64,000 nucleotides of DNA from Asterias rubens. Lineage: Eukaryota. The notes beneath the pieces are model-generated. The model was not told the DNA's origin. It did no database searches and saw nothing but the letters and a program-made list of their open reading frames with translations. Numbering within the stretch: position 1 is the first letter of the stretch; each line of letters starts with the position of its first letter. Positions 13,241-24,800 of this stretch are shown here, piece after piece. The stretch spans positions 6,448,001 to 6,512,000 of the forward strand of contig NC_047083.1 in assembly GCF_902459465.1 (NCBI RefSeq). Direction: 5' to 3'. The translations under genes were made by a program, and so were the position numbers.

Positions 13241-14029
13241 AGTTCTTTTTCAGCAATAGTTTGTTATTTTTATTTATTATGATTTTTTATTTATGGAATT
13301 TACTTGCAGCTCTATACTACAATGAAAATGCAGAACGAAGACAATGCAAGATGAAGAAGATACAGCAGTTGCAGGTTTGGTGTCAAGGTTTGCAAAAGTA
13401 ACCCAACCTGTTTGCAGACTGCAGCCAACACTAGGCAACTTACGCCATAAACGTTGCGCAAGTGGACTTACGCAGTTGCGTAAAGTTTCGTGAAATCGGC
13501 CCCAGGGGCTACAGTCAATACCCGAGTGGCAGCCACTGCTTTAGCACCTGCAGGAGAACCCTGTCTTACTTGTACAGTAGGTAAAGACATCAAGCATTTG
13601 TATGTTGTCAACAACCAGATTTGGCAGCAGATGAGTTTTCTGAATGGATTAACCTCGGTATGGAGATTGACATCCCGTCATATACGTACCAGATCAAGGC
13701 TCAAGGTTCATGACCCTCGAACTGTCTATAAGACAGATATATTCACTACAATATACATGTATTTACTATCATGTTAAGTTTACCCAAACTTTGCTCAACT
13801 TACCCCGCTCTCCCCACTACCTACATTATGAAGCACTTGATATATAACCGTTTACTGATGGTCAATGTATCAGTAAGGGAGGCCGTCTTTAACTAACCCC
13901 CATTTACTGTCAGTGAATGTATCAGTAACTTGCAGGTTTTCTAATTGGTATTTGACAGGGGGTAATCTGCAGGGACAACAGCAGCATTCTGAAAGTTATA
14001 TGGAAACATAGGACAACTACGGAGTCACC

Positions 14030-14200
14030 TTCAAATGGATACACCATCGATTGCGATGACTGCCACAGCCAGCAGTACTGTAAAAACCAAAAGTACACAA
14101 TCTAAAGATGTGTTAGGTTGGTTGTGTGTGAAAATCTCTGAAAAGGGTGTTAACACCGAGAGGGTGATAGTCTACTGCCAAAGTAGAAAACATGCAGTGA
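14030..14200 (+). pseudogene. RecQ-like SF2 helicase fragment (motif III and start of helicase C domain), probably transposon-borne
   Basis: PSIAMTATAS (motif III) fused by deletion to WLCVKISEKG..RVIVYCQSRK (xIIYCxS motif IV). Confidence 0.55.
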
Positions 14201-15499
14201 GCTCTTCTCCATGTTTATGTTCCTGCAGATAATCATGCATACTTTAACATGTATCACACAAACAAAGAAATGGGTGCTACCAAAACACCAACTAAACCAA
14301 ACAATGTTATTTCATCGCTACCATCTGACAGCAGTGGTCGGCATATTACGGAAGATGATAGATCTGCAAGTATTGATGCGCAACAGAGGAAACTCATGAA
14401 GAAAATCAAAGCTGAGAAGAAGAACCTTCCTGCTCCAAGTTCTTGACTGTTTCTGCAGAAGCTCCTGGAGAGTTCTGTCTTACTTGTAGGTAAAAACATC
14501 AAGCGTTTGTTTGTTGTCGACCACAACAAACTGAGGATAAGAGGAGGAGTAACCGATATCAGCTCTCAGAAGGGAGAACCTTTGAAGACAGTTTATAGAA
14601 TAAACACTGAAAACGAAGATGAACTAAACAAAACACAACACAATCTCCTGTCTGATTTAAAGAGGACCAATGTAACCATTCATGGGGAAATAAAGTAATA
14701 AACACAAACATTGCATACAGAAAATTATTTTTTTTACCACTTTGTGCTATACCTTTGCACAGAACAAAACTCTGACAACATGTGCCTCTTTGGAGACTCG
14801 GACAAAAGTTAATCATAGATGTTGTGCATGCCAAATTTATGACTTCATAATTTTGGATTATCCTTTCAGAATACCACAACATCAAAGGCTCCAAAAGCCA
14901 TGAAGCAGAGAACGAAGACTGCACAAAAGAAGATTGCTGACAGGGACGCTCAGGAAATGATGAAGGATGAGTTGTTAAGGGAACAGTTTCCTATCAAAGA
15001 AGCTCCAGGTCCTTCAACATCAACGGAAATAAGCAGAACTGACATGCCATTGTCGGCAGTTTATGGGTACCAAATAAACACATTATTAGATTTAGATGGC
15101 AAAGACAAGTTGCGTGACACATGGGAACCTCACATAGGAAGAAAGGAATGATGCTCTCCAGGAAACTCTAGACGAACAGATTGTTATCAACCTAAAGCTT
15201 AGAAGTAAGCTCAGAGCAAAAGATGAGATAACAAAGCAACTCAGACGGCGGCCAGCTACATTTGTAACTGCGCATAACTTGAGCAACTGCTCTCTCGCCT
15301 CCATTAACCAGGCAGTTGATGGAGTTTTTATCTTCTTGTGTTGGGGCTACAGTCAATACCCGAGTGGCAGCCACTGCTTTAGCACCTGCAGGAGAACCCT
15401 GTCTTACTTGTACAGTAGGTCTGTAGGTAAAGACATCAAGCATTTGTATGTTGTCAACCACAAGAAAATGTTGATAAGAGGACGGGTAACCGATATCAG

Positions 15500-16889
15500 C
15501 TTGCGGTACTTGCTACGGCAACTCATTCAAGCGTGTGGACATACACTTGCGGTACTTGCTACGGCAACTCATTCAAGCGTGTGGACATACACTTGCGGTA
15601 CTTGCTACGGCAACTCATTCATGCGTGTGGACATACACTTGCGGTACTTGCTACGGCAACTCATTCATGCGTGTGGACATACACTTGCGGTACTTGCTAC
15701 GGCAACTCATTCATGCGTGTGGACATACACTTGCGGTACTTGCTACGGCAACTCATTCATGCGTGTGGACATACACTTGCGGTACTTGCTACGGCAACTC
15801 ATTCATGCGTGTGGACATACACTTGCGGTACTTGCTACGGCAACTCATTCATACGTGTGGACATACACTTGCGGTACTTGCTACGGCAAATCATTCATGC
15901 GTGTGGACATACACTTGCGGTACTTGCTACGGCAAATCATTCAAGCGTGTGGACATACACTTGCGGTACTTGCTACGGCAAATCATTCAAGCGTGTGGAC
16001 ATACACTTGCGGTACTTGCTACGGCAAATCATTCAAGCGTGTGGACATACACTTGCGGTACTTGCTACGGCAACTCATTCATGCGTGTGGACATACACTT
16101 GCGGTACTTGCTACGGCAACTCATTCAAGCGTGTGGACATACATTTGCGGTACTTGCTACGGCAACTCATTCATGCGTGTGGACATACACTTGCGGTACT
16201 TGCTACGGCAACTCATTCATGCGTGTGGACATACACTTGCGGTACTTGCTACGGCAACTCATTCATGCGTGTGGACATACACTTGCGGTACTTGCTACGG
16301 CAACTCATTCATGCGTGTGGACATACACTTTCGGTACTTGCTACGGCAACTCATTCATGCGTGTTGACATACACTTGCGGTACTTGCTACGGCAAATCAT
16401 TCATGCGTGTGGACATACACTTGCGGTACTTGCTACGGCAAATCATTCAAGCGTGTGGACATACACTTGCGGTACTTGCTACGGCAAATCATTCAAGCGT
16501 GTGGACATACACTTGCGGTACTTGCTACGGCAACTCATTCATGCGTGTGGACATACACTTGCGGTACTTGCTACGGCAAATCATTCATGCGTGTGGACAT
16601 ACACTTGCGGTACTTGCTACGGCAAATCATTCAAGCGTGTGGACATACACTTGCGGTACTTGCTACGGCAAATCATTCAAGCGTGTGGACATACACTTGC
16701 GGTACTTGCTACGGCAACTCATTCATGCGTGTGGACATACACTTGCGGTACTTGCTACGGCAACTCATTCAAGCGTGTGGACATACATTTGCGGTACTTG
16801 CTACGGCAACTCATTCAAGCGTGTGGACATACACTTGCGGTACTTGCTACAGCAAATCATTCAAGCGTGTGGACATACACTTGCGATAC
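15500..16889. repeat. Minisatellite, exactly 30 x 46-bp units, derived from a C2H2 zinc-finger coding segment
   Basis: Unit cttgcggtacttgctacggcaa(c/a)tcattca(a/t)gcgtgtggacataca; 15500 to 16880 = 1380 = 30 x 46. Last unit plus flank reads TCGTCYSKSFKRVDIHLRYKH. Confidence 0.95.
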
Positions 16890-17289
16890 AAGCATGAATT
16901 GAATGTGAGTTCAAAGCCAGCAACACTGCAACAAAATTGGCTAGAAACGTTTTTGTTGCACTCTTCAGGAAAGAGGAAGTGATCAGACGCAACCTGACAG
17001 GCAAGAAGTCCAATGCTCACATTGTCACAATGCTTCTGTTATCCAGGTGGACATTGGGAATGGTGTGCTGTTAGAGAAGGTGTAGAAGTAACTTGATGTT
17101 CAAACATGTGGGCACATTTCTGGTTTGTCACATCCAAACTTTTGGGCCATTTGTTTAAAGAATGATTATAGTATTAATTGATTGCATACTAAATACATAC
17201 ATCTACTTATTATTTTGATTTTCCCTATTCTATTGTTATTTTTTGAAATTTTCTTTTCGGGGTGGGGTGTTCAAATTTGAACATTGATC

Positions 17290-18300
17290 ACGCGATAAGT
17301 GATGCGATACGTGATACGCGATAAGTGATGCAATACGTGATACGCGATAAGTGATGCGATACGTGATATGCGATAAGTGATGCGATACGTGATACGCGAT
17401 AAGTGATGCGATACGTGATACGCGATAAGTGATGCGATACGTGATACGCGATAAGTGATGATAACGTGACACGCGATAAGTGATGCGATACGTGATAAGT
17501 GATGCGATACGTGATACGCGAAAAGTGATACGCGATACGTGATACGCGATAAGTGATACGCTTTACGTGATACGCGATAAGTGATATGTGATACGCGATA
17601 AGTGATGCGATACGTGATACGCGATAAGTGATGCGATACGTGATACGCGATAAGTGATGCGATACGTGATACACGATAAGTGATGCGATACGTGATATGC
17701 GATAAGTGATGCGATACGTGATACGCGATAAGTGATGCGATACGTGATACACGATAAGTGATGCGATACGTGATACACGATAAGTGATGCGATACGTGAT
17801 GCGATACGTGATATGCGATAAGTGATGCGATACGTGATATGCGATAAGTGATGCGATACGTGATATGCGATAAGTGATGCGATACGTGATACGCGATAAG
17901 TGATGCGATACGTGATACACGATAAGTGATGCGATACGTGATACACGATAAGTGATGCGATACGTGATACGCGATAAGTGATGCGATACATGATACACGA
18001 TAAGTGATGCGATACGTGATACACGATAAGTGATGCGATACGTGATACGCGATAAGTGATGCGATACGTGATACACGATAAGTGATGCGATACGTGATAC
18101 GCGATAAGTGATGCGATACGTGATACGCGATAAGTGATGCGATACGTGATACACGATAAGTGATGCGATACGTGATACGCGATAAGTGATGCGATACGTG
18201 ATACACGATAAGTGATGCGATACGTGATACGCGATAAGTGATGCGATACGTGATACGCGATAAGTGATGCGATACGTGATACGCGATAAGTGATGTGATA
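17290..18300. repeat. CpG-rich minisatellite, 26-bp unit (cgcgataagtgatgcgatacgtgata), roughly 39 units
   Basis: Directly visible; irregular units at ~17455-17590; many CG>TG/CA variants. Confidence 0.95.
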
Positions 18301-18629
18301 CCAATGTATAGACATGGACCCTTTCTTACATCTCTAACAATATCTCTGAAAATCTGATTCACATTTTTTTCTGAATGTTTCTTTTGTTTGTTTCTGTGTC
18401 ATTGCTTTGTGTTGTCCTTTCTATTTTGTCTTCCTTGTTCAATACTGTTTTGTTAAATATATTTGTTTTGTGTGTTTAAGGCATTTATAAGCTTCAGCTT
18501 CTTGTGTAATAGCTCCACTTCGTGGAGTTTTCTTGTAACAATTGTTTTGTTTCTCTAAAGTGATTATTCATGTGGAAATAAATGTTAATGAATTGAATTT
18601 AATCGAAATGTTGTATGGCTTAATTTCCA

Positions 18630-18760
18630 GGTTCACGATTCATTTATCAAAACACTGGTGGAGAACATCAAAGAGCGTTTCCCACAAACAGAGATTTTGG
18701 ACGCTATGACTGTGTTTGATGTTCACAAACTTCCCACAAGCAGTCAAGATGCAGAAGTGA
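18630..18760 (+). pseudogene. hAT/ZNF862-like transposase fragment
   Basis: Manual translation VHDSFIKTLVENIKERFPQTEILDAMTVFDVHKLP matches the F..L..N+..RFP...+.A+.+FD pattern of hAT-derived proteins. Confidence 0.6.
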
Positions 18761-19113
18761 CATAGCACAGCATGGGAAGACCATAATTAAGTATTTGAAG
18801 GTGGTTTAATTTATTGTGTTCATATTGCATCATAAGAATTGACTAGTGTATGAAAAAATCTGCAATTTTGTTTTCTTCTTAGTATGTCACAATTTTGTTT
18901 TGTTATTATTTAAGACGCTCTTTGTTAAACGCTATACATATTCATGGAGGCCTACAGGAATATCTGGTAATGTCTGCTACCTGTAAAGCAGGCAGGTAGC
19001 CGACAATTATTACTCCAAAACACAAGGCAGCAACGTGCTCACTAACAAAAGAATGCGACTTCAATCAAGATGGTGTATCGTGGCTCCTCTTGACACCAAC
19101 ATTATTAGTTTAC

Positions 19114-19265
19114 AATGTACAGGTGTAGTGTTCACAATCTTCTGTTCCCTGATGGGTTGGAGGTGATCAACCTAATCCAAGAGATCTGTAATGTACAGGT
19201 GTAGTGTTCACACTCTTCTGTTCCCTGATGGGTTGGAGGTGATCAACCTAATCCAAGAGATCTGT
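19114..19265. repeat. 76-bp direct tandem duplication
   Basis: aatgtacaggtgtagtgttcaca...ccaagagatctgt at 19114 and 19190. Confidence 0.9.
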
Positions 19266-19793
19266 TCAGTGATCTAGTGAGAGGCCCAGCAAGACTATAT
19301 CAACTGACTGGAGAAACCCCTCAGTCTTTGCTGGCTATTTCCAGAGATTTGGAACCCTTAATTACCAACCAGGGAAGAGGCAGAAGACACGCAAACCAAC
19401 CCATCAACAGAGTTTTGATGGCTCTGATATGGCTTCACCAATACCCAACGTAAGTATCCTTTCTGCCCTTTTTATCATGGACAGAGCAGCTGTGACGCAA
19501 GATATTTATTCGTTCATAACTTTACTTTGGTACTATTTGTAAATCATTTAATTCCTGGCCAAGCAGTAAAGAATGGTTTGCAATGAGGGGGCAATTGTTA
19601 CATTTCCCCGCGCAGTACGGCAATCGATGGCACCCTACATGAAATTCTGCGACCACTGGCAGGAAAATCAAAAAGATTTTTACAGCGGGTATTCTTGAAA
19701 TCATTGCATGACCACACAGGTATTAGGTTTTTACAGTTCATTATTTGTATTAACCAAATCATGTCAAGTTTAAAATACATGGCTAAGTTTTAA

Positions 19794-20118
19794 TACCGGT
19801 TTGACTTCAACCAGGGGGCAGGGGGAGACCAGCCTCCAGTCATTCTCAGTGTCGTCCCAGATGTAGTTGCTCGACTGTCTGCTGACTTACAAAGCAAGAG
19901 ACACAAAGGGTACTTTGACAACCTGTTTTGCACAATACCCCTGATGCTCCATCCAAAAGAACATGGAGTCAAGAGTGCCACCACTATTCAAAGAACTACA
20001 GGCCAGCCAAGTATGAATATTCAAGTGAGTCCTAATGCAGACCCTATTGACTGTCTCAGTTACTGATAAACTCATTGACATCTTGGTAAGGGAAACTAAT
20101 TTGTATGCCTCTCAATAC
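19794..20118 (+). pseudogene. Second piggyBac-like transposase remnant (rearranged)
   Basis: Manual translation YRFDFNQGA...DVVARLSADLQSKRHKGYFDNLFCTIPLMLH (YxDNxF motif), frameshifted KEHGVKSATTIQR, then VTDKLIDILVRETNLYASQ (N-terminal PGBD motif). Confidence 0.75.
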
Positions 20119-21880
20119 ATTTGTGACAAGCAAATTACAGTCAAATGCCAGTGCCTTGCCTCACTTTAGAGCTTTTACTTTTGATTGTCTCTTTTTCTGA
20201 TTTTCTTGGTTGTTTTCAGAATTGTTTAACATTGCAATGGCATTTTAATTGCTACTTCATAGATGTTGGTAATAATCCTCTCCCTGTATTGTTCTAATGT
20301 GTAATGTAATTGTTAATGGTTTACTCCTTTTGTACATATATTGTCATGCGTCTTTGAACAGCGCTGCCTACAATTATAAATTAAGTTATTATTTTTATCA
20401 TCCCAGCATTCTCTCTCGCATAATAGGCTTGCAGCTTTCCAAGCTGAAGGGATGATCCATCCAATAACGGCTACTGAATTCATTGATCCATCAAACTGCG
20501 CCTCTGATCCTGACTCTGTTAGAGTAGGATTTCAGGCCATAACTGAGCACTCTATGCCACTACACTCTAAGAAGTAATGCAATGTTGCACAGATTGACAC
20601 AAAGTGGATGAAGGTTTCTTACAAATACCCAAACTCTCTGCAATCTGCACTAGCTTAAAATGAAAGCAAAATTTACCATTCTACCAACTCACAGCTTTAT
20701 CTTTCAACACCCAATTTGGGATCTCTAGTGATATCTGTCCCAACCCTGTGCCTTTAAATAATTGCAATAATGCACTCATCTCAAAAACAACGGCGAATGA
20801 ACTGTAGTCCTATGTAAGGTAATGACCAACTTCAGGAATTAGGTAAAACATTACCTACTTTCTCTCTTCCCCAACCACTATGTAACATGTTTCATAACTT
20901 GATGTTTCCTTTACATGTATGTTGGCCAGATGTGAACAGTGACCTGTTTTGTCTCAAGATCTAGTCTTAGCTTAATAAAAAAATACATTCTTACTGTTAT
21001 TTACTTTTTAAACTAAAGTGGCTGAAAGCAATTTTTTTAAAAGGTAATCCTGTGCTCAGGAACCGCTGAAAAGCTGTATCAGCTCATCATTGAAAAAAAA
21101 AAAAAAAAACCCAAAACACAATTTCAGTTTGATAGCATTGTTTACCAAGAACCTAGGTGACCTAAAATCCATCCCAGGCATTTGCCCAAGTTTCAGTCTC
21201 ACTCAACTTGGTCAAAGGGGAAGCTTTTAGTCTACAATCCCAGCCATATCTCCTTGGCTCCCCTGCCCCCTTTCAATGTTCTGATTGCACAGTCTTCTGC
21301 GCCCCAGTCAACAAGAGCGAGGGGACAGGGGAAATGATTATTGTCAGTGGGAAGTGAAAAGGGAACGGCTTTATGTAACCTTAGGAATGGGTGGCCCAAG
21401 CATTTTGGCCGGGATTGTATACAGATTACCTTACAGTTTTCCATATTGGTCTATCTTTGATACTTCATTTTGATATTCATGGACTGAAACGCAGAGATTT
21501 TGGTAATTGAGTTGGCAAAATACTCTGATGGATTAGGCCATTTTATAGATTCCTTGCACAAGCAGTATACAATATTTTTCTCATATGTACAATATGTAAC
21601 AATGTAAAAAGTATTTATTGATTAACTCTCAAACTCTCTCTTCCTAGCATGAAAAAGCTTTTTCGTGTTTTTTTTGCAAGTGACTATTATTATATCTTTC
21701 TGGTCATGAAACCAATGAACTATCCAACTTGCCTTGCACAGTAACCCATAGGCCTCAAGATAGCTGTCAAGAGATGATTTTTTTAAGGAGTTTACCTGAC
21801 CTTTGACCTTTGTTGAAGGAGAGTGTTCTCTGATTGGTTGGATGAGTTGAACATGTGATGAGTTGTCATCTCATTAATGT

Positions 21881-24800
21881 CTACTTCACTCCTGCCTTAC
21901 CCTGTCTGTGTAACAAAGAGAAACAAACAAGCATCAGTCTACTGTATTATGGTACTGTGTGGTGTCATGGTCCAGTTGTTAAGAGCATCAAATATAATTA
22001 CCGTAATTAACAATTCAAAAATCTGGCCCCAACCTCAAGGTTTTGAAAAACTTCTGCCATTGACAGCGCGTCAAAATGACAATGCATTGACGAGATACAT
22101 GTTGAGATACATGTTCAAGTGAGAAGACTGGTCTTTGACAGTTACCAAAGGTGTCCAGTGTCTTTAACAAAAAGCTAAAGAGCAAGGCTTGACTTTATTA
22201 GCCATTCTTTTCGCATTTTGGTTACACTGAACCCATTGGATTAAAGAATGAATACACAGCCTTACTTGGCATTACACAGTAGGATCAGATTCTGCACAGC
22301 TGTTAATGTTGACATCTCATTCTGGCCTGTTATCAAATGTCGATCCACTACAACATGCACTGCATCCACTACACTAGCTGTATAAGACAAAGGTCAAACA
22401 CAAATATTAAATAACTCGGCCAGTGTGGCAGTGTCGTGGCCGAGCAAATGCACCATTTCAAACTCTGGCGTTTCTGATTAGCAGTGTGGGTTCGAATCCC
22501 CAGCCGTGAATCCCCAGCCGTGACACTTGTGTCCTTAAGCAAGACACTTACATGTAACCATTGCTTCGTCCTTCGGATGGGACGTAAAGCCGTTATTGGT
22601 CCCATCTGTTGTGTAATGCACGTTAAAAAACCATCAGCACTTATCGAAAAGAGAAGGGGTTCGCCCCGGTGTTCCTGGCTTTGGCTGCTAAATGCGCCGT
22701 AGGACATTGTAAACCCTTATAAGGTGCTACATAATTGGGCCTCAGAATTGCATAATTTTCAATAACCCCTCTCTCTGTGTAAATGTATATACTAAGCGCC
22801 ATGTTTGGTAGATACGTGCGCTATATAAGACTTCAATATTATTACTATAATTTTTTTCCCCCTATTTAGTGGGGTGCACTCAGTTGAGACTTACCACTGT
22901 ATGTAGCGCCATTGTCCTTGATATAGTCCTCCAATATTATTGGTAAATTAGAGAAGGTAGGTGATCGAGCAAGCTCATACACTGAAGGCTAATAACAAAA
23001 GAAAACAAATCGTAATACAAAACATAAAATGTCATTCACTTGTAGCAAGTGTCAGCATGATTGTTATTGCTCACATAAAACAGCAACTTTGTCTGAAAAT
23101 AGATAGTTAATTTATACTGCAGTTACTCTGCACTATAACATGACTTCTCTGGAAAACACTTTAAAGGCACTGGACACTATTGGTAAATTACTCAAAATAA
23201 CAATTAGCATAAAACCTTACTCAGTAACGAGTATTGGAGACTGTTGATAGTGTAAAACATTGTGAGAAACAGCTCCTTCTGAAGTAACGTAGTTTTCAAA
23301 AAAGGAGTAATTTTCCACGAATTTGATTTCGAGACCTCAGAATTAGATTTTGAAGTCTCGAAATCAAGCATCTGCAAGCACACAAGGGTGTTTTTTCTTT
23401 CGTTATTTTCTCGCAACTTCAACGACCATTTGAGCTCAAATTTTCACAGGTTTTTTATTTTATGCATATATTGAGATACACCAAGATGAAAAGACTGGTC
23501 AATTGACAATTACCAATAGTGTCCAGTGTCCTTTAAATGTTGTGTACTAAATGACTGCAGGATGAATCCTATTACTTTACTCATACATATTCATGACCGA
23601 GAGTCGACTTCTTACTGGTAGTGGTCCATTCATTATCACATGCCTGGTGCTATCTTTGCAATTTACCAAGGGCGCACGTGAGTATTCACGCACATGATAA
23701 ATACGCATGACAAGTAGAATAGCGCATTTACCATTGTGCGATCAGTCAGCCCGTGCGCTATTCTACTCGTCATGCGCTTTACGATAGTGGTACTGTTTTC
23801 TACACGCGCACAAACATCTCTTTATCAATATACAACACATAAACAAACGTATCATGGTGCATTTTATTTCACAGTCGTCATTTTCCCTTGCTCCAAACAA
23901 CTGAATATGTATGAAGTATGGTAAAACAAATATAACATGGTTTAGTCGGGTGTAGTTGATATGAGCTCCCCTCGGTATTGGAAGTTGACGAACTAGTTCC
24001 CTCGGCTTTGTCTCGGGGAATAGTTTGGCAACTTCAAATACCTTGGGGAGCTAATATCGACTAGTCACCCTCAAACAAACCATGTTATATTTGTATGGTA
24101 GTCACTTGACAAATGAATGTATCTGCAGACTGGCAAATGGCCTACATGGTCTATTGAACAAGCTGAGCACTTTGTTTGGATATTCTGCAACTTTGTGTGT
24201 ATAACACCTGCAGTAGAGCTTGCATTGCTATTTGTAGTATATCTTTGAGAAGGCAATGGGGCTTCAGGATGCTATCTCACAGATATCTCACAGACTTATA
24301 TAAGGTACATTGTAAATCCATTATTTCCAGGAATTGTGTGCCAGCTCATAAATATGTAAGCAGACCAGAGCTGCTTCGCACAAAAATTTGCTTAGCATTA
24401 AATGTCTTTCTTGATAAAAGCACGATTACCAACCAAATTTCCTATTGTTGCATATTGCTTGTTATTGTACATGTATTCAGCTGTTGTTTGCTTATCCTGA
24501 AATTCACGTGGAAATTTGGTTGGTAATCCTGTTTTTATCAAGGCAAAAAATGTCATGCTAAGCAAATTTGTGTGCTTAGCAGCTCTATGAAATTGGGCCC
24601 TGATAAGTCTGCCGCCAGCTAGCGTTCAAGAGTCTCCCATTGAACTTACCGCAGTCAAACTATAGCCACTATACGCCCACTTAGCTCCAGGAGTCTTCAC
24701 ATCTTTGTCACAACATAAGGCAGCCACACCCATACCAATTGCACACACAGGCTCTGCAGGAACACAAATCAGACAAAAGTGTCACCCAATCATGCAGATA

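Noticed and set aside
15279-16982. Long 360-455 aa ORFs as a real Cys/His-rich protein gene
   Set aside because: They result from a stop-free 46-bp unit read in all frames; no unique start context or flanking gene structure.
17236-18362. Minus-strand ORFs of 250-363 aa
   Set aside because: Translation artefacts of the 26-bp satellite.
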